From: Candidatus Poribacteria bacterium
GTDB taxonomy: Bacteria > Poribacteria > WGA-4E > WGA-3G
Direction of reading: 5' to 3'
DNA: 64,000 nucleotides
NCBI GenBank assembly: GCA_963663765.2
Contig: CAXXUA010000013.1
Span: 416,001 to 480,000 of the forward strand
Shown here: positions 1 to 9,328 of the stretch, piece by piece
Layout of the letters: every line of letters starts with the position of its first letter
How positions within the stretch are numbered: position 1 is the stretch's first letter
Program-made: the position numbers and the translations under genes
Notes under the pieces: generated by a model
Seen by the model: only the letters and a program-made list of their open reading frames with translations
Told to the model about the DNA's origin: nothing
Databases searched by the model: none

Positions 1-738
1 GCAATTTACGCTATCACTGTCTCAGCAGTATTCTATACGTTCCGTTGTGTCGCTGGGGTTGATGTGCCATCTAATGCCGGTTGTATGGTGCCCATCAAGA
101 TCATTGCGCCTGAGGGGAGTGTTATCAATGCAAAATTTCCATCTGCTGTTGCTGGCGGAAATGTTGAGACTTCACAACGAATAGTTGATGTGCTATTTGG
201 GGCATTGGCAAAGGCATGTCCCGATAAGATACCTGCTGCAAGTTCTGGGACAATGAACAATATCACTGTCGGCGGATATGACAACACGCGTGGAATTGAT
301 TTTACCTATTATGAAACGATTGCTGGTGGTATGGGGGCACGTCCCACCTGTGATGGGATTGATGCTATCCACACACACATGACAAATACGATGAACACAC
401 CTATTGAGACAATTGAGACAAGTTATCCGATGCAAGTGGAGCAATATACAATCCGCCGTGGAAGTGGTGGTGCAGGCAAATATCAAGGCGGAGATGGTGT
501 GGTTCGATCCATTCGTGTTCTTACTGATTCTGAGGTAACACTTCTTACAGAACGTCGCGAGTATCATCCTTATGGTTTACAAGGTGGCGATTCTGGTAAG
601 TTAGGACGAAATGTGCTTATACGTGATGGCAAAGAACATCCGCTTGCAGGAAAAGTAACAATTGCTGCAAGTGAAGGGGATATTATACAGATTGAAACAC
701 CTGGTGGCGGTGGTTATGGAAAAGCAAATTCACATTGA
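1..738 (+). CDS. Hydantoinase B / 5-oxoprolinase family protein (5' end outside the window)
   Basis: The frame is open from base 1. Motifs GNVETSQR, YYETIAGGMGA, HTHMTNTMNTPIE and terminal ETPGGGGYG are typical of Hydantoinase_B. Confidence 0.92.
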   Translation, partial: AIYAITVSAVFYTFRCVAGVDVPSNAGCMVPIKIIAPEGSVINAKFPSAVAGGNVETSQRIVDVLFGALAKACPDKIPAASSGTMNNITVGGYDNTRGIDFTYYETIAGGMGARPTCDGIDAIHTHMTNTMNTPIETIETSYPMQVEQYTIRRGSGGAGKYQGGDGVVRSIRVLTDSEVTLLTERREYHPYGLQGGDSGKLGRNVLIRDGKEHPLAGKVTIAASEGDIIQIETPGGGGYGKANSH

Positions 739-756
739 ATATTAAGTTCTTACTCG

Positions 757-1304
757 CTATGAGTTCTTTCTATAATGCACTATAATAAAGGCTAATGCTA
801 CAACAATTGCAGCAAATACTATAACAGAAGGGATAACAAATGACCACAAGACAAAACTGTACTTCTTAAAAATGAGATGATATTTTCTTTTTTTCTCATT
901 ATGATTCGGTCATATATTTCACCACCTGCTGCGACAACCTTAGATTTACCGAACCTTTCTCCATAACCATCTTTAGCATAATTCATGAAGTAACGTCCAG
1001 CCTTCAGATTAGTCTTTTCATAAGCCCCTTTATTATCAGTTGTCACAGTATATGTTTTTTCGTCAACACTACGGACAATTGTAACCGTTACACCCTCAAT
1101 AGGATTCTTTTCTGCGGAACTATCAAAAACATGTCCACTAATTTTTGCACCGTCGCTAAGGATTTCTGTATCTGAAGCATCTTCAGCTCCAACAGGTAGC
1201 TTAGGAACATTTGATGCATCCGACGCATCTTCCTGTGCCACAACAATACCGAAAGACATAAACATACAAGAGACTAACATTACAATCAAACTTAATTGGT
1301 TCAT
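757..1304 (-). CDS. Secreted carboxypeptidase-regulatory-like (Ig/transthyretin-like) domain protein; C-terminal TM anchor is in the -1 frame
   Basis: Signal peptide, then ISGHVFD..PIEGVTV..TTDNKGAY..L.AGRY. The ORF stops at 819, but the -1 frame continues KKYSFVLWSFVIPSVIVFAAIVVALAFIIVHYRKNS* to 757. Confidence 0.7.
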
Positions 1305-1319
1305 TTCTTCTGATTATCA

Positions 1320-1492
1320 ATCCCCACGACAAGACCCCTGCCTTTAGGTAGTGGGATGTAGTCGTGCTAAGTGTTTGTGTCAAGAAAAAACTTGACTTTT
1401 TGTTTGAACCGTGCTAAAATCATTAGAACGGTTTGAGTTGTTTCCAATGTAAGTTCTAAGAACCCCCATGCTTTAGCTTGGGGTGTATGTCA
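1320..1492 (+). mobile_element. Non-autonomous IS200/IS605 (IS1341/TnpB-type) mini-element, both ends retained
   Basis: Left subterminal hairpin CACGAC-AAGACCCCTGCCTTTAGGTAGTGGGATGTA-GTCGTG. Right end GAACCCCCATGCTTTAGCTTGGGGTGTATGTCA resembles tnpB-element right ends. No ORF lies between the ends. Confidence 0.7.
1392..1420 (+). promoter_or_regulatory. Sigma70-like promoter inside the IS605 mini-element
   Basis: TTGACT, 17-bp spacer, TAAAAT preceded by TGC (extended -10). Confidence 0.55.
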
Positions 1493-1506
1493 GCCTTTAA
1501 GTATTA

Positions 1507-1660
1507 TACCATTTCTAATATATCCTATCTCATTATGGAATTCACCTGTTATTGCTGATTGGAAGTCCTCTCTTCGGTAGGAGCGACCTCCCGGTCACGA
1601 TCGGGAGGTCGCTCCTACCATATTCCGCAGTTAATGAGAATTGTCAATTAGAAATGGTAT
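1507..1660. mobile_element. MITE-like element with 13-bp TIR ATACCATTTCTAA enclosing a GTAG-type REP palindrome
   Basis: ATACCATTTCTAA (~1507) / TTAGAAATGGTAT (1648-1660). Internal hairpin GGTAGGAGCGACCTCCCG..CGGGAGGTCGCTCCTACC; related REP halves at ~21438, ~23839 and ~38081. Confidence 0.6.
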
Positions 1661-1681
1661 TATATACTAACCCATGTCGGA

Positions 1682-1850
1682 AATAAATATTTCTTACACG
1701 GTAGGCGTGCTTTGTAAGCGCGCTGTTTGGACTTAGTGTGCCAGCGCGATTACAAACCACCAAATCAACGGTATGAATGCCATTAAGGCATTCCCCGCCT
1801 ACAAGGTTGGGTTGGATAGAATTACCTCATTTATTTATTAATCTTCATAC
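1682..1850. repeat. Dispersed REP-like repeat, second copy at 13449-13580
   Basis: AATAAATATTTCT..GGTAGG(C/T)GTGCTTTGTAAG..GCGCTGTTTGGACTT..CCAGCGCG.TTACAAA is shared with 13449-13580. It ends in TTAATCTTCATA, a terminal motif also seen at ~6917, 13423 and 15150. Confidence 0.75.
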
Positions 1851-2003
1851 AGTTTGTGCTACAAATACTACCGAAAAGTGTATTATACTCTATAAAAAAC
1901 GGTGTTTATTCGTCTAAACCTTATAGGTAGCAACTTGCGTTATACTATATTTTGGACAGGATGAGAATTGTCCACACTATAGTTCAATATGTAGGTTAAC
2001 TGC

Positions 2004-2459
2004 CTAAGCAATCCGACGTAAAAAAGCTGATAGGAAAATTATAATCAAAGCAAAAAATATCAACATGTTCAGCAATGGTGAAGGTTTTTTTTGAACTGGT
2101 TCAAACACAGGATATGGGAACGTCAGTATAATCGCAAAGGTATATATCACAAAAACAAGAAAGAATTTTACACCAAGAACGAGTATATAGAGTGAATAAT
2201 CGGAGATAATGGATTCTAAGTTCGGATTGCGAGCTGTTCTGAAGAAGGTGATAACGTTATAAAGACCTGATAGAAGTACAGATAAGAGTGCACCCCAGAC
2301 TATCCCACTAAAACGCCTCAATGCAGATGAAATTAGCGTATCAGAATCTTTTCGTCGTTTAGCAATTGGAATGAGGACAACGCGGAAGAAGAAGAATCCC
2401 CCAATCATCAAGACAACGGAACCAACATGTATCCATTGTATCAGTGGTTTCAACAACAT
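2004..2459 (-). CDS. Four-TM membrane protein, CopD/DUF4149-like
   Basis: WIHVGSVVLMIGG motif; four hydrophobic segments with LLSGLYN and LGVK motifs. Confidence 0.65.
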   Translation of the reverse strand: MLLKPLIQWIHVGSVVLMIGGFFFFRVVLIPIAKRRKDSDTLISSALRRFSGIVWGALLSVLLSGLYNVITFFRTARNPNLESIISDYSLYILVLGVKFFLVFVIYTFAIILTFPYPVFEPVQKKPSPLLNMLIFFALIIIFLSAFLRRIA

Positions 2460-2558
2460 TATCAGATACTAATGACCAACATTGTAATTATCAGATGTCG
2501 GTATACACCTGTCAAATCTCACGTAGTAAACCGTCAACTGCTAACTATGTTTATATAT

Positions 2559-2798
2559 TTATACAACCGGTTTTCCACCAATTGGACTGAAACAGGAACG
2601 TGACTGTTTGCATGCGTTTGGTGATACAAAATCATCATCTGGACCGACAACCTGCATCGTGCAGTTGCACCAATAATGTGTCGCCGGGTTCTCAACAACA
2701 AGGTTTTGTAAGTTTCCACCGGGAATATAGATCGCCTTTGTCCGTAAGTTCTGACAAATTGGACGGTTAATAATTGGAAGTGTCTTACCTTCTAACAT
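2559..2798 (-). CDS. Small Cys-rich hypothetical protein in the oxidoreductase operon
   Basis: GGAGG RBS, 13 bp after the FAD-subunit stop. Pattern CxxLRTK..YWCxCT..VGPDD..C..RSCF. Confidence 0.7.
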   Translation of the reverse strand: MLEGKTLPIINRPICQNLRTKAIYIPGGNLQNLVVENPATHYWCNCTMQVVGPDDDFVSPNACKQSRSCFSPIGGKPVV

Positions 2799-2811
2799 TT
2801 TTATCCTCCCT

Positions 2812-3792
2812 TTAACTTACTGCCAGCATGACTGCACGACTGATAAGATTCTGTGTGAGTGTCACCTTATATTCGTTATCTGTTAATGGTTGTGCGTTCT
2901 TGACTGCTTCAGTTCCTGCTTTCATGCTGATTGAGTCGTCAATTGCCTTACCCGTTAGAACGGTTTCCGCTTCAGTAGAACGCCAGGGTGCAGGAGCAAC
3001 TCCCCCGAGAACAACGTTAGCAGATTGACAAGTTTTCCCATTCATCTCAAAGACACCAGCGACACTCGCTAATGCAAAGTCAGGTGCGCCTTTCTCGCGT
3101 GCTTTTAGATAGAGGCTCTTAGTGTTTGGCTTCGGTTTTGGTATCTCAACTTCAACAACGATTTCATTCGGTTCCAACACGTTCTCGCGAAACGGATTTG
3201 CTGAGGGTAAGGTAAAGAATTCCTCAACTTTCATGGTGTTGTCACCCTCAGGACCAGTAATCTTGATTGTAGCGTTGAGTGCGATCAATGCAGGGGCAAT
3301 GTCTGATGGATGAACAATATAGACCGGATCTCCACCAAAGATGGCATGATATTTACTTAATCCATCAACTGCATAGCAGATGTCTCCACCCTTCTTAAGA
3401 CAACTGACGGTTTCATCACGGTAATACCAGCACCGCGGACGTTGGCATAAATTTCCACCGAGTGTACCAACGTTCCTAATTTGTGGTGTAGCAACAGATG
3501 AAGCCGCCTGAGCAAGCGCGGTATAGTGCTTTTGAATCGTTGGATGCATGGCAATTTCAGCGACTGTGGTCAATGCTCCAATTTTTAGACCCGAAGTGTC
3601 GCTTGAGATATTATCCATACCGGGTAAAGCCTTGAGATTAATTAGTGTTTTTGGTGTTTCAATGTATTCCTTGAGTTCACTGAGCAGATCAGTTCCCCCA
3701 GCAATAAGCATAACTTCACCCCATTCGCTATCACTCAGCAGTGAGGTAACCTGTTTCAGACTGGTCGCATTGACATAACTAAACTTATCCAT
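2812..3792 (-). CDS. Xanthine dehydrogenase family FAD-binding subunit (PaoB/YagS-like)
   Basis: AGGTDL, ATPQIRNVGTLGGNLCQRPRCWYYR, the Cys insert of PaoB-type subunits, LGGVAPAPWR. Confidence 0.93.
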   Translation of the reverse strand: MDKFSYVNATSLKQVTSLLSDSEWGEVMLIAGGTDLLSELKEYIETPKTLINLKALPGMDNISSDTSGLKIGALTTVAEIAMHPTIQKHYTALAQAASSVATPQIRNVGTLGGNLCQRPRCWYYRDETVSCLKKGGDICYAVDGLSKYHAIFGGDPVYIVHPSDIAPALIALNATIKITGPEGDNTMKVEEFFTLPSANPFRENVLEPNEIVVEVEIPKPKPNTKSLYLKAREKGAPDFALASVAGVFEMNGKTCQSANVVLGGVAPAPWRSTEAETVLTGKAIDDSISMKAGTEAVKNAQPLTDNEYKVTLTQNLISRAVMLAVS

Positions 3793-3803
3793 TGTCTACC
3801 TCC

Positions 3804-5924
3804 TTATGCTTTCTTTTCAGCAAGTGCAGTTAAGACTTTATCAGGTGTGATAGGTAGTTCGCGAATACGAACACCGATTGCGTTGTACACTGCATTTGCG
3901 ATTGCACCAAGTGTAGGAATACAAGGTGGTTCTCCGACACCTGTAACCTTACGGTGTGTATCAAACACGATTGATTTGATTTCAGGTATCTCATAGGTCC
4001 CAGGTACTTTGTAATCCTCAAGATTGGCATTGAGCATACGTCCTGTTATCGGGTCCATAATTCGTTCTTCAAGTAGCGTCTGACCTAAACCCATAATAAC
4101 ACCACCGTTGATCTGGCTTTCGGTTGTTAATCTATTGATTGCTAATCCACAGTCTTGTACTGCGACAATCTTTAGCACTTTAACATGACCTGTTTGTGTA
4201 TCCACTTCAACTTCAGCGAATTGTGTTCCTGCAACACCACCTTGTCGTAGTTCTTGGTCCCAATTTCCAGTCTTAGTGATACTTTCCATTCCGAGTGCGC
4301 CAGCTGCCTGTTTCCAACTGATTGTTTTTGTTCGGTCAGATGCATCATAGATCGTTCCTCTTCCGATGCGTAAATCATCAACAGGTGTTTGCAGTAAAGG
4401 TGCAATGATTTTAAACAGCTCCAGTTTTGCTGCTTCAGCAGCAGTTTTGATCACGGGTGCTACGGAAGCGGTTGTCTGACTACCTCCACTGCCGCCAGAG
4501 GGAAGTCCGGGACCACTATCACCAATCTGTACAGAAATATCGGTTGGTTCAAGTCCAAATTCTTCCGCGACGATGATTGCAATTGCAGTCCGAATACCAG
4601 TGCCAATGTCTTGTGTACCAGTGACGGCTTCCACCGTACCATCGGGATTTATGGTAACACGTGCTTGCGTACCCCTGCCGCCACCGCCGCCCCATTGACC
4701 ACTACCGACACCCATACCCCGTTTTTTTTCATCAGTACCAGAACCGGGGACGTTGTTTCGTCTGTGCCACCCGATTTCTTGTGCCCCAAGGGTATATTGC
4801 GCTTGTCGCACTTCACTGGAGTCATTGATTCGTCTAAACTCAAGTGGATTCATTCCAAGTTTTTCAGCGAGTTCGTCCATCAACGAATCCATTGCAAAAG
4901 CACCTTGTGGATGTCCGGGTGCTCGCATTGCACGTTGGTTACCTGCATTGGTTGCCACGTTGAATCTTTCAGTTCTTCGGTTTTCCACATGATATACATA
5001 AGGTGCTTGAAATCCTGCTCCGCTTGAAATCCCACCCGTTCCATATCCCCGCATATCATAAGCAATTAAGCGACCGTCCTTTGTTGCACCTGCCTTTACA
5101 TGCTGTGTCATTGAAGGTCTATTACCAGCAACGAGATGCTCAGCCTTCCGAGTCAACATTAGTTTTACAGGTCTTTTGGTCATTTTTGCTAATTGCGCTG
5201 CGGTGTGTCCTTCTACACCTGGACCGAATTTACTACCGAAGCCACCTCCCATGTGTTCTGTAATAACTCTGACTTGGTTCGCCGGTAGTTCAAAACGTCT
5301 TGAAAGGTCGTTACGCACACCAAAAACCGCTTGTGTTGAAGCCCACACAGTCAGAAAATCATCTCCTCTCCATTCAGCGACATGTCCGTGTGTTTCCAAA
5401 CATACATGTGTTTGTACAGGTGTGTGATAAGTAGCTTCAACAGTTACCGCTGCCTCAGAAAATCCTGCGACTACATCACCTTTTTCATTTATACTTGGAT
5501 TGCTTTTGTTTCCTTGCCAATCATCCCGTATCTGCGGTGCTTCCTCAGCCAATGCATCAGATTCTGTTACCACAAAGGGTTGTTCTTCTAAATCTATATA
5601 TATCAACCTAAGTGCATCTTTCGCTATATCGTCTGTTTCAGCAGCGACAGCAGCGATCTCCTGACCTTGATAACGGAGTTTCCTTCCAACTTCAGTGAGT
5701 GGTATTACTGCATGTACACCCGGCAGTGCTTCTGCACGACTCAAATCCAACTCCAGCACTACTGCATGGGCAACTTCAGAACGTAGAATACGAGCATATA
5801 ACAATCCTGGTCGATTTATGTCATAAGTATACTTTGCTTTTCCTGTAACTTTCTCCTTACCGGACAAACGTGTAATCCGCTTACCAATAAGTCGAGATTG
5901 ACTTGCTTCTCCCCATGTTGCCAT
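3804..5924 (-). CDS. Xanthine dehydrogenase family molybdopterin-binding subunit (PaoC/YagR-like)
   Basis: KVTGKAKY, MGGGFGSK, AMRAPGHPQG, QDIGTG, SQINGG, GVGEPP. Confidence 0.93.
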   Translation of the reverse strand: MATWGEASQSRLIGKRITRLSGKEKVTGKAKYTYDINRPGLLYARILRSEVAHAVVLELDLSRAEALPGVHAVIPLTEVGRKLRYQGQEIAAVAAETDDIAKDALRLIYIDLEEQPFVVTESDALAEEAPQIRDDWQGNKSNPSINEKGDVVAGFSEAAVTVEATYHTPVQTHVCLETHGHVAEWRGDDFLTVWASTQAVFGVRNDLSRRFELPANQVRVITEHMGGGFGSKFGPGVEGHTAAQLAKMTKRPVKLMLTRKAEHLVAGNRPSMTQHVKAGATKDGRLIAYDMRGYGTGGISSGAGFQAPYVYHVENRRTERFNVATNAGNQRAMRAPGHPQGAFAMDSLMDELAEKLGMNPLEFRRINDSSEVRQAQYTLGAQEIGWHRRNNVPGSGTDEKKRGMGVGSGQWGGGGGRGTQARVTINPDGTVEAVTGTQDIGTGIRTAIAIIVAEEFGLEPTDISVQIGDSGPGLPSGGSGGSQTTASVAPVIKTAAEAAKLELFKIIAPLLQTPVDDLRIGRGTIYDASDRTKTISWKQAAGALGMESITKTGNWDQELRQGGVAGTQFAEVEVDTQTGHVKVLKIVAVQDCGLAINRLTTESQINGGVIMGLGQTLLEERIMDPITGRMLNANLEDYKVPGTYEIPEIKSIVFDTHRKVTGVGEPPCIPTLGAIANAVYNAIGVRIRELPITPDKVLTALAEKKA

Positions 5925-5987
5925 CTGTTTCTCCTTTTCTTTTCAAAACACATCCATACTGTCTAACTGATAGGGTAGTTGCTATAA

Positions 5988-6623
5988 TTATAACTTCTGT
6001 GCTGCAGTTTCGACTGCGTCAAATATAAACGGGTAAGTACCACACCGACAAGTATTGCCTGATAAACCATCCTTAATTTCTTCAAGTGTTGGTTTCTTAT
6101 TTTCGTTCAAGAGTGCTACCGAGGTTACGATGAATCCAGGTGTGCAGAACCCACACATCATTGCATCATGTTTGATAAATGCCTCTTGTACTGGATGTAG
6201 TGTTTCACCATCTGCAATACCTTCCACAGTTGTAATCTGCTTTCCTTGTGCATCCAATGCCAGCATCATACATGCATATACAGGTTTACCCTCAACTAAG
6301 ACAGTACATCCCCCACATTCTCCTCTGTCACAGATAAGTTTCGCTCCTGTTAAATCAACATTATTTCCATTGGTATCAATTCCATCACGTAATACTGACA
6401 ACAATGTGGTACGAGCTTCTACATCAATTGTGTATTTCTGTTCATTGATGGACAATTGAATTTGTGCTGTAGAGATTGCTTCGTCAGTTTGTGCTTCTAC
6501 TGTTTCGGCATCACCGACCAAAATTGCGGGTGCAACTGTTGCAGCGACGGTTCCTGTGCCGACTCCCTTCAAAAAACTACGGCGCGAGATATTCGTGCTC
6601 TCTTTTTTCTCCTTATCCGACAT
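5988..6623 (-). CDS. 2Fe-2S subunit with twin-arginine signal (PaoA/YagT-like)
   Basis: SRRSFLK Tat motif; CDRGECGGC..C and CGFC..CRC clusters. Confidence 0.93.
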   Translation of the reverse strand: MSDKEKKESTNISRRSFLKGVGTGTVAATVAPAILVGDAETVEAQTDEAISTAQIQLSINEQKYTIDVEARTTLLSVLRDGIDTNGNNVDLTGAKLICDRGECGGCTVLVEGKPVYACMMLALDAQGKQITTVEGIADGETLHPVQEAFIKHDAMMCGFCTPGFIVTSVALLNENKKPTLEEIKDGLSGNTCRCGTYPFIFDAVETAAQKL

Positions 6624-6767
6624 TCCTTCCCTCCTTTAGCAATAGGGTCCCATATAAAAATAATGAAATAAGTTCTATCATTTCTTGGTAAATTTTATCA
6701 AGTATCTTAATTTTTGTCAACTGAAATTGGTGTATATCCCAGAGGTAATCAATTGTTTGATATGGAC

Positions 6768-6905
6768 TCTTGTTGGAGGCGTTTGTAACCCCGATCTGAG
6801 AGGAAAAGCAGATAAAATCCAAATCAACGTCAGAAGCGCGTTGACTTCTATCGGGGTTGCAAACGCCTCCCACAAGAGGTCAAAATCCTTAAATTGAAGC
6901 TTATG
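6768..6905. repeat. REP-like inverted pair plus one CTTAAATTGA..C.TATG terminal motif (family of 13674-13816)
   Basis: GGAGGCGTTTGTAACCCCGAT..ATCGGGGTTGCAAACGCCTCC; similar to 13703-13778. Confidence 0.65.
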
Positions 6906-7050
6906 GTGCGGATAGATGAAGATTAATTTATTAATTCGGTAATAAATATTTCTCTCACGGTTGGCTTGGAATGTCCCTATTTAGTCCCGACAAATGCCAA
7001 ACGCGCATTCGACACCTATCTTTTTGCGTAAGTCCTGAATATATACAAGT

Positions 7051-8469
7051 CTATGCAGGTATCGGTCGATAAGGGTCAATGAATGCGTTGTTTTGATCTT
7101 TCTTTCGTGGTGGCGGTAAAGCATCTACTTTCGCTTTAAGCTTTGCAAGTGCATCTGCATAATTAGGATCATCAATCAGGTTGTTCCATTCATCTGGGTC
7201 ATTAGACAAATCAAAGAGTTGTTCTGGCCATCCCTTATTGTTTTTGAAGCGGATATACTTCATGCTTCCTTCTTTGACCATTACAGATGGACCATTCTGA
7301 GCACTCCATAATTCACTATAGACCGTATCATCCCATGTATCTGCTTTTCCTTCAATAAGTGGAACAAGACTATTACCATCCAGTTCTTCAGGTGCAGGAA
7401 CTTCTGCTAACTCACATAATGTTGGAAACAGATCCACTAAGGACACATTCTCATGGATTATTTTCTGTTCTCTACCAAACTTCTCTGGATACCAGATTGA
7501 AAATGGCACACGTGCGGAGGGTTCAAAATAACTCTGTTTCTCCCAAAGTCCCTTAGTGCCAAGCATCTCCCCGTGATCAGAAAGAAAGACAACAACAAAA
7601 TCTTCAAGTACATTCAGATGGTCCAATTTCTCTATCACACGACCAAATTGTGCATCCAACCACTCAATCATACCATAATATGCAGCAGTAGCACGGTGAG
7701 CTTGTCTGTAAGTAACGTCCTTGCCAACCTTGACTCTAAAAAAGTTGTTGTATTCAAACTTTTCGTTTGGTTCTTCAATAATCGGTTCAACACGCTGCAT
7801 GTAATAGTTGAATAAATCCAGTGGACACTGATATGGATAATGTGGTGCTATTAGACTTACTGCAAGACAGAGAGGACTTGCCTTGGGTCGATCATAAGAG
7901 GCATTGACAAAGTATTCCTCAAGAAACAGAACTGCCCCGTCTACATTGTATTGATCATGTAGCATCCAATGCCCAATTCCGGGTTGTGCATCGCGTATCT
8001 CTTGTGCTGTCTTATCCCGTTTCATTCCAGTGCCTGGTTCGCGTTCAATCTGAGCGGTATGTTTATCCTTTACAGCGCGATACGGATAACCATTATTACC
8101 GATAATATCGCGTCCGATACGTTCGTACCACCCATGCATGACATCCGTACCAACAAAGTGCATTTTACCTGCACAACATGAATAGTATCCGTAGTTTCCA
8201 AGATGCCCTGGAATGGTTCGGACTTCAGTCGGCATAGGATCACCAAAGTTTAGACAACCGGAGTTGCGTGGATAGAGACCCGAAAGGAAACTTTGCCTCG
8301 CTGGAACACAGACAGGTGAAGGTGTATACGCATTACGGAAGTAGACACCCTCATCCATAAATCGAGACAGGTATGGTGTGCGAATAGCAGTATCGCCCTC
8401 AATCGGCAGGACATCGGGACGGTGTTCATCGTTTAAAAGCAATAAGATATGTGGTTTTTTGTCTGGCAT
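7051..8469 (-). CDS. Sulfatase (choline-sulfatase-like, S1 family)
   Basis: CVPARQSFLSG (CxPxR formylglycine motif), GKMH, SDHGEMLG, LFDLSNDPDE. Confidence 0.93.
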   Translation of the reverse strand: MPDKKPHILLLLNDEHRPDVLPIEGDTAIRTPYLSRFMDEGVYFRNAYTPSPVCVPARQSFLSGLYPRNSGCLNFGDPMPTEVRTIPGHLGNYGYYSCCAGKMHFVGTDVMHGWYERIGRDIIGNNGYPYRAVKDKHTAQIEREPGTGMKRDKTAQEIRDAQPGIGHWMLHDQYNVDGAVLFLEEYFVNASYDRPKASPLCLAVSLIAPHYPYQCPLDLFNYYMQRVEPIIEEPNEKFEYNNFFRVKVGKDVTYRQAHRATAAYYGMIEWLDAQFGRVIEKLDHLNVLEDFVVVFLSDHGEMLGTKGLWEKQSYFEPSARVPFSIWYPEKFGREQKIIHENVSLVDLFPTLCELAEVPAPEELDGNSLVPLIEGKADTWDDTVYSELWSAQNGPSVMVKEGSMKYIRFKNNKGWPEQLFDLSNDPDEWNNLIDDPNYADALAKLKAKVDALPPPRKKDQNNAFIDPYRPIPA

Positions 8470-8533
8470 AGTAGTTAATATATGAGAAGTGAATCAATTC
8501 CTTATGTTAAAATTGTCTTATGTAATGATGTTT

Positions 8534-9292
8534 TTAGTAAGGTGACATTATTCCTTCTGTCCCTGGTATCTGTTTTCTTTCAAATTCTGGACTAATCCAC
8601 CTTTTGCCTGGGTTTTTCCCCGGTTTATAATACCCAAAAACAACTGTCCATCTGGTATCACTATTTTGTTTCCTTGGTGTTACTCCGTGGGCAGCATGCG
8701 TCCACATCAATACGACCGTTCCTGGTGGCGCTGACATATTCTGAATATTTAAAGGCATTCCAGTTTCAGGATGCGTTTTGCTTTTCATCCATCCCTTGCG
8801 CAAATCCTCATCAGTTCGACACTGTATTTTGGGATCACGGTAAAGATGGCTACCGGGAACCACCTTCAAACCACCATCATCCGCGTCAAATCCGTTGACG
8901 TAGAAGAAGATACGGACATAGCCGTAGCGAGGGTCATCTTCAGAGTAGCCGTGACTGTGCCATCCAATACCTCCATTGCCACCAGAACGATTGAGACTCA
9001 CACAGTGATCGTATCGGATTTCTTCACCAAGCACTTCACGCGCAAGTTTGAGCATTTGCGGGTGACCAATCAGGCTTTCAAGATAACAATCATACTCCGC
9101 AGCAAATCGATTAGGTTCATAGCCTTGTTTACCTGTTGGTAGCAGGGATTCAATGTGAACCAATGAATCTGTTAATCGCTTTCGCGCATCAGCAGTCAGG
9201 AGACCGGGAATCACAAAATGACCGTCATGATCCATCTCTTTTTGTTCTATATCGCTGAAGGTGTATTCATGAAAAATCAGGTCTTGAGACAT
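8534..9292 (-). CDS. PhyH-like Fe(II)/2OG dioxygenase (HxH variant), paralog 1
   Basis: DGHFVIPGLL, WHSH, GGLKVVPGSH, GTVVLMWTHAAH..R. Confidence 0.88.
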   Translation of the reverse strand: MSQDLIFHEYTFSDIEQKEMDHDGHFVIPGLLTADARKRLTDSLVHIESLLPTGKQGYEPNRFAAEYDCYLESLIGHPQMLKLAREVLGEEIRYDHCVSLNRSGGNGGIGWHSHGYSEDDPRYGYVRIFFYVNGFDADDGGLKVVPGSHLYRDPKIQCRTDEDLRKGWMKSKTHPETGMPLNIQNMSAPPGTVVLMWTHAAHGVTPRKQNSDTRWTVVFGYYKPGKNPGKRWISPEFERKQIPGTEGIMSPY

Positions 9293-9328
9293 AAGATCCC
9301 TTAAGTTTACAATTTTGTCACTACTATC

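Noticed and set aside
750-766. 17-bp match (TTACTCGCTATGAGTTC) to the IS5-type end at 51780-51796
   Set aside because: Single short match that overlaps the anchor-coding frame, with no partner end nearby; chance or an old scar cannot be distinguished.
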